Below are positions 13,492 to 25,202 of a stretch of 64,000 nucleotides of DNA, in pieces. A model generated the notes under the pieces. It saw nothing but the letters and a program-made list of their open reading frames with translations. It ran no database searches and was not told the origin of the DNA. Location: NCBI GenBank assembly GCA_964016885.1, contig OZ024762.1, positions 868,001 to 932,000 on the forward strand, read 5' to 3'. Both the position numbers and the translations under genes were made by a program. The DNA comes from Eledone cirrhosa (taxonomy: Eukaryota). The first letter of the stretch is position 1, and each line of letters opens with the position of its first letter.

Positions 13492-16400
13492 ACAATATTT
13501 ACGGCATATATATGTATATATAACAATATTTAGGACATATATGTATATATAACAATATTTAGGGCTTATATATATATGTGTATATAACAATATTTAGGAC
13601 ATATATATATGTGTATATATAACAATATTTAGGACATATATATGTATATATATCAATATTTAGGGCATATATATATATTCAAAAAGAGGGAGTGCACAAA
13701 CGACAGACAGTCCCATCTCCTCAGTCAACCTCTGGAAATTACTATAGTTTCAGTATATTAAGGTTGAAACCATTAATTCTAGTATACATTGGGACATAAC
13801 GACACATGTAGAGACATATATGTATCTAACCTGTTACAACCATCTAGCTAAGGCCATGCTGGGGCACCGCCCTTTAAAATAATAGCAGTCATCCCTGGTG
13901 GGTAATTAATTTAAAAAAATTGGTGAAGACAATGGAAAAACAGACAATATGCAAGGCAGTCCCTTTTCATCAGTCAACCTCAGGAGCTCCTTGTGATTTC
14001 AGTTCATTAAGGTTGATACCATTAGCTCCAGTGTACATAGAACAGTAGCAAATGGACACAAGAAAAGATGATGGATCTTCCAGTTATTTACAAATAAAAT
14101 ACAAATTACTACAAACCAATGTACTGCAAATGTGAAGAAGAGATGGAAATAAGGCCCAATATATTAGCCCCTACATGGACACACTGCAAGAGGAAGACCG
14201 AGGTTAACATGTTGATGCCCTAAGGACAGACACTGGTCTGTTGGAGACCCAGGACATGACAGCGATAATGAGGGACAGAGACTGCTGGAGAGAACTCGTC
14301 CATGGATCTCGGGAATTTTACCCGCCCTAGATATATATATTAGCCAAGAAAGTAAGTACAGAATATGAAGGTGGAAGAGATAGGTTGGACATTAGTCCCT
14401 AAATAGACCGACACGAGCAGAGATAGAAAGTGAAGAAAATACAGGCGATGTAATGTTTAAAATAAATCAATTTGATTTAATGACCCACGCAGCTAAGCTC
14501 TTATAATCTATCTATTTATCTGTCTATCTATCTATCTATCAGTCTCTATCTATATACCTATCTATTCTCGTCCTCCAGTATGAGGAAGCCTCCAGTCATC
14601 CGTGACAAGGAAACAGTTAAAGAAAAGATCCAGTTGCTTGAGGTGAGTTTTATTTTGTTAAAATGTCCCGGAAGCAGAGCAAATGAATGACTACCTCTGA
14701 TATATCCACACTGTAAAGTGGTTAGTGATAGGAAGGGCATCCGACTGTAGAGATCTTGCCAAAGGGTTGGGAGGAGCGTCAGTTATGTAAAAGACGTGAC
14801 AACCTCTCCTGAACGTTGGAACGTGAGACCCCTCCCCCCCTCCTCATCAACCTCCTCCACTACATCATCATCATTACCATCAGCATATATATATATATAT
14901 ATCATCATCATTTAACGTCCACTTTCCACACTAGCATGGGTTAGATGGGTTGTCTCATTTGAGGCAAGTTTGGGTTGGGTGACCATGTCTTACTCATACA
15001 GAACTGTTTCTGGCTGGTTTTCTACAACTGGATGCCCTTCCTAACACTAACCACATTTACAGTGTGGACTGGGTGCTTTTTTTGTGTCACCTACACAACC
15101 ACATTTACAGTGTGGACTGGGTGATTTTTTTTGTGTCACCTACACAACCACTTTACAGTGTGGACTGGGTGCTTTTTGTTGTGTCACCTACATGACCACT
15201 TTACAGTGTGGACTGGGTGCTTTTTGTTGTGTCACCTACATGACCACTTTACAGTGTGGACTGGGTGCTTTTTGTTGTGTCACCTACATGACCACTTTAC
15301 AGTGTGGACTGGGTGCTTTTTGTTATGTCACCTACATGACCACTTTCAACTTTGTTTCTTATTTATTTGACAGGCGTTAGGAGATATCGAGATTGCCATC
15401 AATATCTTGAAGCAAGGTGACATGTCAGAGAACCCTGTGGACAGAACATACAAATCACTGGAGTGTCACCTCACACCTGTCACTTCAGATCATCCAGATT
15501 ATAAGGTAAGACACTCAATCACTGGAGCGTGACCTCACACCTGTCTCTTCACATTATAAAGTAGGGCACTAGTCACTTGAAAGAGGGGATAAGGGTGAGT
15601 AGGGGTATATTGTTGTTACTGTTGTTATTGATATAAGCAGAAATGTATGATGGGGAGAACAAATTTTATTCCTCACACACATTTATATATGTGTGTGTGA
15701 GGATAAAGATCCCATAACTCCTTGTGAAGTGACAGAGGCCCCGTCATACGGTGTGTCTAGGGCAGTTTTAAACCCGGCGGAGCCGAACCCTCTCCAGGTC
15801 TGAACACAGCCGATTATTTTTTTTATATAAAGGAAGAATCGACCCCAGTACTTGACTGGTACTTTTTTATCGAGCTTGAAAGGATGAAAAGCAAAGTTGA
15901 CCTCGGCGGGATTTGAACTCGGAGCAGGCAATGAGGTGGGGCGAATTCCATAAAGCATTCTATCTGATGTCTTAACGACTCAGTCAAATACACAAGTGTT
16001 GTCATCATCATCATCATATGTCCGCTTTTCCCTTCTTGCAAGAGTGGGACGGGTCCTATTCAGCACAGCATCTCTCCACTTGTCACGGTCCTTTGTCATC
16101 TCCTCCGTGAGTTTCAGCGATCTGAGGTCTGTTCTCACCACTTCCGCCCATGTTTTTCGTGGGCAACCTCTACTGGGATTTCTTGGCACTTCTTTACCCA
16201 CCGGTCATCCTCCATGCGCATCACATGTCCATACCATCTCAGTCTTCTCCCCCGCACACTACAACTTATCCCTCTTATACCCAGTTTCTTTCTCAACTCG
16301 TCTATGCTTGGTGTTCACACACATTACATTGCACATCCATTGGAGCATGCTTGCTTCATTTCGCTCCAGCTGTCGCATATCCTCTGCAGTTGCTGCCCAT

Positions 16401-17870
16401 GTCTCACTACTATGCAGCATCGCGCATCGGCATCATATAACCAGCCTTTCGTATGCAGGGAGAAACCCTTCTTTGTAAGCAGAGGAAGCAGCTTCCTAAA
16501 CTTCTTCGAACCAGTCCTTATTCTAGATACTATGGCCTCGGAACACCCCACTCCCATGCTAATCTGATCACCTAGGTACCGGAAGCTATCAACCACTTCT
16601 ATAGAACCCACCTGCATTTGAAACGTGTCTATCACTGCGATTACTAATTAAAATGTTGTGTTGTGTTTTATTTTTCAGCTCGTCAAGGAGTATTTACTCA
16701 ACACTCATGCCATGACACACAACAATTATAACATGGAGTTACTTGAGGTTTACAGTTGTAGGAAAGAGACCAAGTTTATCGACTGTGGTAACAGGTTAGT
16801 ACTGAATACTTACTAATACTACTGCTACCATCATAACCATATCACTGCCTATGTCACTACACTACACCACGACACCACCATACCACTGCCTATGTCACTA
16901 CATCGCACCCTACACCACGACATCTCCTACACTAGGCCACACCTTATGCTCCCTATACCCCCTACACCACATCACCCCCTATGTCACTACACTACACCCC
17001 CTACACCACTCCCATCATTGGTTCAGTTCCTCAATATGTTTGTTATTTGTATTTTCCAGAATGTTGTTATGGCACGGCTCCCGACTAACCAACTGGGTTG
17101 GAATACTCAGCCGTGGACTCCGTATAGCCCCACCTGATGCCCCCATCACAGGTTACATGGTGAGTATTGATCTTTGTATTGCTATACACCCGAGGTTCTC
17201 AAGGCCATGTAATACATTCAGTGACCCCCAACTCTAGTTGCAGGGCGACCTGCCTACACACAAATTGTAAATAATATATATATAGAGATTATTATATATA
17301 TATAAAAAGGAAAATGTCTGTCTGTATGTGATGTGTTTCCATCTGATTTGTTCAAATGTGATACATAGGTTATTTAGCTCCCAGAACATGTCAACATGTA
17401 GCTTAACCCTTTAGTGTTCAAACCGGCTAAAACTGGCCAGAATTCTCTACCTCTTTCTGTTGAAACTGGCTGTAACTGGCCACTCATACTGATGTTAAGG
17501 TATTGTTCTCAAAGGGAATACTTTCAAAATCTCATAGATTCGATATTATGTAAGATAATTATGTGAGGTAAAGCATTTACCATGAAAATATAATAGTATA
17601 TATAGAGTAATGTGAATGCTAAAGGGTTAAACCATGCTCTCCTCTTAAAATACCAGAGTTCTGGGGCTATTTAAAGATGGGGTGAGGCAGGTCTTCCATG
17701 TCAATATATAGTTTAAATCTTTCTCTCCCCTAAAATAGCAGAATTCTAGGGTTATTTAAAGACAGGGTGAGGCAGGTCTTCCATGTCAATATATAGTTTA
17801 AATCTTTCTCTCCCCTTAGCTTATCTGGGAGATCAGTAACCACTGCTTCAGTACTCACTTGGTAATGGAA

Positions 17871-17922
<52 letters not shown>

Positions 17923-20411
17923 TTGCTGGCCTGTCTAGGAGGTCAGTAGCCCTTCTTCAGTCCTGTGTTGGTCTAATTGCTGATTCTACATTTTCTCCAC
18001 AGTTTGGTAAAGGAATCTATTTTGCTGATATGTCCAGTAAGAGTGCCAACTACTGCTTTGCTACAAAGAAAAAGAACATCGGTCTCGCACTTCTCTGTGA
18101 GGTAAATCTTGTTTTAAATCTTACTAACTCCTGTTTACTACTTCAGTGTGGGGTATATATTATATTTAAGGAAATGTGGGGTATATATTATATTTAAGGA
18201 AATGTGGGGTATATATTATATTTAAGGAAATGTGGGGTATATATTATATTTAAGGAAATGTGGGGTATATATTATATTTAAGGAAATGTGGGGTATATAT
18301 TATATTTAAGGAAATGTGGGGTATATATTATATTTAAGGAAATGTGGGGTATATATTATATTTAAGGAAATGTGGGGTATATATTATATTTAAGGAAATG
18401 TTGTGGGGTATATATTATATTTAAGGAAATGTGGGGTATATATTATATTTAAGGAAATGTGGGGTATATATTATATTTAAGGAAATGTGGGGTATATATT
18501 ATATTTAAGGAAATGTTGTGGGGTATATATTATATTTAAGGAAATGTGGGGTATATATTATATTTAAGGAAATGTGGGGTATATATTATATTTAAGGAAA
18601 TGTTGTGGGGTATATATTATATTTAAGGAAATGTGGGGTATATATTATATTTAAGGAAATGTGGGGTATATATTATATTTAAGGAAATGTGGGGTATATA
18701 TTATATTTAAGGAAATGTTGTGGGGTATATATTATATTTAAGGAAATGTGGGGTATATATTATATTTAAGGAAATGTGGGGTATATATTATATTTAAGGA
18801 AATGTGGGGTATATATTATATTTAAGGAAATGTGGGGTATATATTATATTTAAGGAAATGTTGTGGGGTATATATTATATTTAAGGAAATGTTGTGGGGT
18901 ATATATTATATTTAAGGAAATGTGGGGTATATATTATATTTAAGGAAATGTGGGGTATATATTATATTTAAGGAAATGTTGTGGGGGTATATATTATATT
19001 TAAGGAAATGTGAGGTATATATTATATTTAAGGAAATGTTGTGGGGTATATATTATATTTAAGGAAATGTTGTGAGGTATATATTATATTTAAGGAAATG
19101 TTGTGGGGTATATATTATATTTAAGGAAATGTTGTGGGGTATATATTATATTTAAGGAAATGTGGGGTATATATTATATTTAAGGAAATCTTGTGGGGTA
19201 TATATTATATTTAAGGAATGTTGTGGGGTATATATTATATTTAAGGAAATCTTGTGGGGTATATATTATATTTAAGGAAATCTTGTGGGGTATATATTAT
19301 ATTTAAGGAAATCTTGTGGGGTATATATTATATTTAAGGAAATGTTAAAACTTTATCTTTAACCAGGTGTCCCTAGGAGAATGTCATGAGCTGTTAGAGG
19401 CAAACTATTATGCCGATAGACTACCTCCAGGGAAAAGCAGTGTTAAGGGTCTCGGTCGTGTGGCCCCACACCCTACCACATATCAAACAATGTAAGTATT
19501 TTTTCAAAATTTAACCCTTTTTGTATCAAACTGCCTAAAATTGCCTCTGTTACCTCAATACAACTATTTATTTTAAAATGTTTAAATATTATTTAACAAA
19601 TGAGGTCGTTAGGTGTCACAACAAAAAAAAAACACAGTCCACGCTGTAATGTGGCCGTGTAGGTAACACGGTAAAAACCTCCCAGTCCACACTGTAAACG
19701 TGGTTGGTGTTAGGAAGGGCATCCAGCCGTAGAAAACCCGCCTGACAGTCCTATACGAGCAGGACAACAAATCTTGCCTCAAGGGGGAAAACTCCCGTCC
19801 AAACCCATGCAAGCATGGAAGATGGACGTTAAACGATGATGATGATGATATATATATATACATTTAAATTAAATCTGCCAGCCAAACAACTCTTCTCCAA
19901 TTGCTCTCTAAGCCCCTCTCCATGGATTCTCTTGAGAGTGGCTTTTAAATCACAAAATATTTGAGATCAATAAAATAGCTAAGGTACAATTCTACCGTTC
20001 TCAGTCCCTTTATTCTCTATAACTCCTGTTACTTTGGCACTTTTTATCTCGCACACATTGTCAGGCTTCCAGATATTTAAACTTATTTAAATTTGTATTT
20101 CTTATTCCACAATGCTTCAAGCAAACTGCAACACTTTGTTTTATATATGTATATATAATACTTTGTTATATAAGGAATTTGTAGTTTACTTGAAGCATTG
20201 TATCTGATATTTCTTCTTCCGAGGAAGAAGAGATATTAATCTCAAAATATCAGGATATAGGAACAAATTAAGGTAAAAAAACAACCCCTGTTTCTTACCA
20301 TTTAATTATTCTCTGTCTAAACCTACATTGTCGTGGCTTTCAAACATCGAATATTTCACATATATATATATACACACACACACTTACACACATATATATA
20401 TATACATACTT

Positions 20412-20462
<51 letters not shown>

Positions 20463-20694
20463 AACCCACAAATTCATCTTTTTTACTTCTCTAGGAGGTT
20501 TGTTGTTTTAGTTCTAATCTTTGCCATTGTATCGTTGCAGGAAAGATGGTACCATCATACCGTATGGCAGAGGTACAGACACCTGTGTTGCTAATCCATC
20601 TGGCTACACATTAAACTACAACGAGTATGTTGTATACGACACAAAACAGGTGAAAATGAAATACCTGGTCAAGATACGCTTCAACTTCAAATAA
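1791..20694 (+). CDS. PARP2: PARP2-like poly(ADP-ribose) polymerase, WWE-WWE-WGR-regulatory-catalytic, 744 aa, 18 coding exons
   Basis: Exons with GT-AG boundaries and consistent phase: 1791-1809, 6289-6479, 6900-7032, 7954-8160, 9156-9359, 10113-10225, 10463-10635, 11121-11217, 11694-11777, 12907-12991, 13111-13249, 14579-14642, 15374-15505, 16679-16794, 17060-17159, 18003-18101, 19367-19491, 20541-20694 (sum 2235 nt, ends TAA). Motifs: [26 protein letters not shown] (WGR), [56 protein letters not shown] (H-Y-E triad). The first 19-nt coding exon (MPKRKQ) is inferred from phase only and is less certain. Confidence 0.93.
2497..2900 (-). mobile_element. 3' fragment of an L1/Tx1-like LINE
   Basis: Minus-strand translation [29 protein letters not shown] resembles Tx1-type ORF2 C-termini. 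It is followed by a UTR ending AATAAAGAAAT and (TA)n. Confidence 0.55.
3712..3828. repeat. Near-perfect ~58-bp-arm palindrome
   Basis: ATAGGAAAAGGTATGACCCCGACGGCAGAG...TATTTCTGG-A-CCAGAAATAG...CTCTGCCGTCGGGGTCATACCTTTTCCTAT with a few mismatches and a 1-nt centre. Confidence 0.9.
4960..5140 (-). mobile_element. tRNA-derived SINE (copies ~15840-15980, 42740-42930, 47365-47585, 48495-48645, 51800-51960, 59870-59970)
   Basis: Shared core GAGTTCAAATCCCGCCGAGGTT.ACTTTGCCTTTCATCC...GGGGTCGATAAAATAAAGTACCAGT, with a B-box-like GTTCAAATC. Confidence 0.8.
6508..6848. repeat. 51-bp minisatellite in a PARP intron (~6.5 copies)
   Basis: Unit GTGCTGGTGTCATGATAAAATACACCCAATACACTCTGTAAAGTGGTA. Confidence 0.9.
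7355..7645 (+). mobile_element. tRNA-headed SINE with (ATG)n tail (copies ~8465-8800 on -, 12160-12330, 44760-44890; tail parts at 7175-7330, 14900-15080, 19610-19850, 62060-62245)
   Basis: GGAGGCACATGGCTTAGTGGTTAG (A box)...GAGTTCAATTCTC (B box)...CCTTGAGCAAGACA...GGAAGGGCATCCAGCTGTAGAAA...GGACGTAAAATGATGATG. Confidence 0.8.
8829..8965 (+). mobile_element. Short (TA)n-associated repeat with hammerhead-like core and inverted tail; other copies ~2125-2290, 4185-4305, 5511-5655, 63645-63820
   Basis: GGCUUUC-CUGAUGA-UUUC(CUUY)GAAU-GAA-ACAG(UUCUAGUC)CUGU-R-GAAGCC. Copies share the tail ...TAATGTATTGAGTACCTTACTGTGGTTACC...GATTGAACCCGG, often in an inverted plus forward arrangement. Confidence 0.6.
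10663..10829. repeat. 36-bp minisatellite (~5 copies)
   Basis: Unit TATTGAACCCTAAACTATGGAAAATAATTGTTTGGT. Confidence 0.95.
12556..12591 (+). ncRNA. Minimal hammerhead ribozyme in a Penelope-like pLTR remnant (~12480-12680)
   Basis: UCUU-CUGAUGA-A-GGAC(UUGC)GUCU-GAAACGU-U-AAGA, with a palindromic ACGU stem III. Same family as 60916-61280. Confidence 0.7.
15050..15346. repeat. ~45-bp minisatellite
   Basis: Unit ACCACTTTACAGTGTGGACTGGGTGCTTTTTGTTGTGTCACCTACATG. Confidence 0.9.
16002..16636 (-). mobile_element. RTE-like LINE 3' fragment
   Basis: Broken frames: [14 protein letters not shown]...[16 protein letters not shown] and [16 protein letters not shown]...DRDKWR, followed by a (GAT)n tail. 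Confidence 0.85.
17403..17630. mobile_element. TTAA-flanked MITE (piggyBac-like ends); related copies ~9380-9610, 21380-21607, 44125-44310, 49376-49560, 53170-53650
   Basis: TTAA-CCCTTTAGTGTTC ... GAATGCTAAAGGG-TTAA terminal inverted repeats. The internal sequence is shared with the other copies. Confidence 0.75.
18148..19346. repeat. 29/32-bp minisatellite filling a PARP intron (~40 copies)
   Basis: Unit TGTGGGGTATATATTATATTTAAGGAAA(TGT). Confidence 0.97.
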
Positions 20695-21649
20695 TTCCAC
20701 GACAATTCCTAGCAGACAATTTCTGTCATCCGTATATTATATACATTTATGTGTTGGTGGTGGCTGTCATTTAGCCCCGGTCCAGATCCAGGCCGTTCAG
20801 CAGGCAGACCTATGATGGATGATCACCTTTCCAGCATTGTTTTAAGATGAATTCTATTTTGAATTACATTTGCACTACATGTCTTATTCAGACAGTTGGA
20901 TGTGGCTGCTATTTCTGCTACATCAAGTAACCATGTATGTATGAATATATATATGTGTGTATATATATAAAGATAGGTATACAGATATATATATACATAT
21001 AATAAATGAGAGATGGTTTTATTTGTACATCTTCATTTTATTATCTAACATATATATATATATATATACATACATATACAGATATATATATGTATACAGA
21101 TATATACATATACAGATATATATATACTTTATTATGGCTAAATGATTCAACATAATGTAACTGTTTTTCCAACATACATTCTCCCATACACACAATATGT
21201 ATTGCCTGATGACCCTATTAGGTGAAACTCCACAGTCTTCACTGAGCCATAATAAAGAATATATAAACTACCCCAGTATTGAGTTCTTATTCTCACATGA
21301 GATATATATATCATCATCGCTTTTATATCCATTTTTCCACGCTGTTACAGTTATGCCAACCTCCCTAATGTGACAGTGTTAACCTCACCCCTTTCTGTTC
21401 AAACCAGCCGTAACTGGCGACTCATACTTATATTAAGGTATTGTTCTCTAAATAAATAACAAAATCTCATAGATTTAATAGTATGTGAAGCCTTTACCAT
21501 GAAAATACAATAATATATATAGAGTAATGTAAATGTTATGTGAAGTAAAGACTTTACCATGAAAATACATTCGTAAATATAGAGTAATCTAAATGCTAAA
21601 GGGTTAAAGTTCTTAGCCCACTGCTGTACATCAGTTCTTCAGGCCATAA

Positions 21650-22827
21650 CAGAGCAGTTTAAAACTGGTTGCCCATGGAAACTTCCCTGTGCCTGAAACT
21701 GAAAAAGAACTAGAAAATAAATTTGGAATCAAAAGGTCTGAGGGGAAACTTAACCAAAACTAAAGTGCTAGTGAGTAAAAAAGATGGGGCCCAGATTCCC
21801 TCAGGGAATATGTAGGAAAAGGTAGACTTAAAATCCATACTATGTGCAGATGTAGTGGGATAACATGTAGACTAACAGGAAGGGAGAACTTTGCTTGTAG
21901 AAGATGCACAGGAGAAATCAAGAGGAAAAGTGCAATGATATAAACCTTTTACAGTGACAGGGAGGACTTATAGATGAGGTTGATAGCTTCTGCTATCTAG
22001 GAGACTTAATTAGCAGTGGAGGAGGGGGCACCGAGTCACAGGATGGACTCATAGTGGAGGAGGGTGCACCGAGAGTATAATAGTTGGAGAGGATGGAAGA
22101 ATCACTCCCACTGTTGATAACAAAAGGTTTCTCCCTACCTAAAAAAGAATGACTGTATGATACTGCATGATAGTGAAACATGGGCTGTGACTGCAGGGAA
22201 CATGTGGTGTTACATGGGCTGTGACTATAGAGGACGTGGTGCTGCATGATAGTGAAACATGGGCTGTGACTGCAGGGGACATGTGGTGCTACATGGGCTG
22301 TGACTATAGAGGAAGTGGTGCTGCATGGTAGTGAAACATGGGCTGTGACTGCAGGGGACATGTGGTGCTACATGGGCTGTGACTATAGAGGACGTGGTGC
22401 TGCATGGTAGTGAAACATGAGCTGTGACTGTAGAGGACGGGGTGCTACATGGGACATGTATAGACTGGAGAGAAATGAAGCAACCATGCTTTGTTGGATG
22501 TGTAATGTAAGTGTGAGAAAGGCAGAACTTGGATGAGTTAAGGGAGAAACGGGGATTTCAGAGGAATCCGAGGTGGTGTGCAGGAGAGAAGACTGCGTTG
22601 GTATGGACTAGTGGTGCTCATGGACAATGACCGATGGGTGAAGAGATGCCAGGAAATCCCAGTGGAGGGAAGTTGCAGTAGAGGACGACCAAGAAAAACC
22701 TGGGCAGATGTGAGAGCTGACTTCAAATCACTAAGACTGGCAGAGGAGATGACGAAGGAACAGGACAAGTAGAGAGATGCCATGCTGAGAAGGACTGTCC
22801 AACCAATGCAAGCATGGAAAAGCAACG
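21650..22827 (+). mobile_element. Decayed RTE-like LINE 3' part with internal tandem amplification (22165-22450)
   Basis: Remnant motifs VDSFCYLGD, HGSETWAVT (repeated), ERRLRWYG, RGRPRKTW. Confidence 0.8.
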
Positions 22828-24225
22828 ATATATATACTGGTTTGAATCGCCTGTATAAGGTTAGACTTTTCTTCTTGTTTATGTTTCCTAATATTACATA
22901 TTGATTGCTCGATTTCTATCGCACATCAGCTTTTATATGCCTCGCTATGTATATATACAATAAACTGGTTGAGTTCTTCTTTTGGTGCAAATTCTTTTCT
23001 TTGAACTCAACCACTAAATCACACTTTTTGTCTACTATAGAAGTCTTTATTTTCATTACAGGCAAAGTGTGACTAACAAGAGCTGCTATGATATCTTATC
23101 CAGTGGTAATGGTTACTACACAATGTATAGACTGATCTAGTGACTTTGGTGGTCTGCTGATGAAGTGCAGCTTGCCTGGTTACATGACTTTCTGAACATT
23201 ACGGATTTAATATCTGCGTTTGTGAAGTTATGTTGCACAGGGTTCAAATTCTACCGAGGTCACTAAAAAAAGTACCAGTCTAATATTGGGGTCAAATCTT
23301 CTATATCTCTTTCTCACTTCCATTCTCTGAAATAAATCTGTTGCATTCAGACCCGGAGAGGAAATAGGCTCTGCCAGTTTTTAAGAAAATGCCCTATGTT
23401 CACAGCCAATACACTCAAGTGTTCTTTAAAAACTCTTTATTTCATGTTGATGAGAGTAGGTACCAGCAGAGTTATTTATATGTTGATTCCATATACAGAT
23501 CTGTCTAAGGCTATGTTACCATCTTGAAGTAAGTATATTTACCTATATATTAATTGTTCTGAATAGAGGCATCAGTCCTCTCCATTCTCCTCTATGGAGC
23601 AGAAACGTGGCCCCTCACAAAGAGGATTGACAGCTTCAATAGCAGAGCCTTGAGGACCATCACATTCGTAACAAGGTGGTGCATGTGCATCAGCCTATAG
23701 CTTCCCAACTCATGTGCTGGTACGGACATGTTCTTTGCCAGATACCTGTGCCTTACTCTCGTTCGACGCAGACCCACACGGCTGGATGACATCAGGGAAG
23801 ATCTCTGGTGGACCTGGTTGGCTCTACCCACGATGATACTTTGAGATCGCTGGCTTTGGATGACTCCAGCCTCGTCGAGCAAGAAGAATAGATGTACAAA
23901 ATACTAGGTGTTTCTCAGTTAATATACTCGAATATAAGGTGACCTTATCTTGTCTGAGAAACCTTATTTACGTAGAATGTGAAGTTGCTGAAAATATTGA
24001 CAGGTCGACCCCCTTCTATTTGTGTGTATCTTGTTATTTCATTTCATTTTTACATCCGCTTTTTCCCTGCTTGCAAGGGTGGGACGGGAACTGATTCTGG
24101 TTTGATTTCTACAGCTGGATGCTTGGCACCTCCACGTCCACTTTGCAGTGGAATGATATAGACCCCAGTCCCTATCATCTCACTTCTTCAGTGAAATAAA
24201 GTGTCTTGCTCAAAGATACAACACA

Positions 24226-24700
24226 CGTTATGTATGTACAAAATACTAACAGTTCCTCAATGGCTATATACCCTGTTATATATGTACAAAATACTAGTAG
24301 TTCCTCAATGGCTATATACCCTGTTATATATGTACAAAATACTAGTAGTTCTTCAATGGCTATATACCCTGTTATATATGTACAAAATACTAGTAGTTCT
24401 TCAATGGCTATATACCCTGTTATATATGTACAAAATACTAGCAGTTCCTCAATGGCTATATACCCTGTTATATATGTACAAAATACTAGCAGTTCCTCAA
24501 TGGCTATATACCCTGTTATATATGTACAAAATACTAGTAGTTCCTCAATGGCTATATATCCCGTTATATATGTACAAAATACTAGTAGTTCCTCAATGGC
24601 TATATATGTACAAAATACTAGCAGTTCTTCAATGGCCATATACCCTGTTATATATGTACAAAATACTAGTAGTTCCTCAATGGCTATATATCCCGTTATA
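24226..24700. repeat. 48-bp minisatellite (mirror at ~34108-34660)
   Basis: Unit GTTATATATGTACAAAATACTAGTAGTTCCTCAATGGCTATATACCCT. Confidence 0.95.
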
Positions 24701-24839
24701 TTTATATATATAGAAACGGAAAGAAAGCGAGATAACACTCGGAATATGTCCTGTTATCTCGCTTTCTTTCCGTTTCTTTTTTTTTTAAAAAAGAAAGAAA
24801 ATGTTAGCTATAAGTATGACTATTTGACTCTGTAGAATT

Positions 24840-25002
24840 GCGGCTTGTGCGTGGCGCTGCACGTAGCGTTTCTGGCTTCGCTGTCGTACTTCGGTATGGC
24901 TGACCACTCGATCGTGTCTGAAGTTCGAATCGTTGCGGGGTCGGCCGGGACCGTTGCAGGCTGGCTTTATGCTGGCCTGCTCTCCCGCCTCGCATTAGTT
25001 TT
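24840..25002 (+). ncRNA. Candidate structured Pol III small RNA, copy 1 (family unidentified)
   Basis: GC/CpG-rich island. TATAAGTA at 24809, A-box-like TGGCGCTGCACG at 24852, B-box GTTCGAATC at 24923, T4 at 24999. Hairpins GUCGUAC-UUCG-GUAUGGC and GCAGGCUGGC-UUUAU-GCUGGCCUGC rely on G-U pairs on this strand. Confidence 0.5.
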
Positions 25003-25202
25003 GGCCAAAAAATTCGATGAGAGTTATCTCCCCCTGAATTGAATTATTTGCCCTTTGTTGACATTGAGCTACTTCCGGTTTGTGGAAATCTACTTCCGTT
25101 GTTGTCATTTCTCTTCAATGTATTGAAGAAGTAACATCGTTTTATTTACTCTGGGACTATTACTGACATTGGTTTGGATCTTACTTTCGTGTTGAGAGGT
25201 TT

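Noticed and set aside
20215-20256. Hammerhead-like GAAGAAGAGAT..ATCTC-AAAATATCAGG (also 11463-11502)
   Set aside because: The core CUGA and/or GAAA nucleotides are mutated, so these are at most dead PLE remnants.
24175-24835. Repetitive ORFs (also 33959-34673, 6379-6830, 54593-54985, 62208-62760)
   Set aside because: Minisatellite or trinucleotide units whose length is divisible by three.
24900-24945. tRNA gene suggested by GTTCGAATC
   Set aside because: The T-stem does not pair and no cloverleaf can be built.
24804-24995. 63-aa ORF MRGGRAGQHK..., identical in both arms
   Set aside because: No recognisable domain or splice context. It is antisense to the strand favoured by G-U pairing and the Pol III boxes, and its identity follows from DNA identity.
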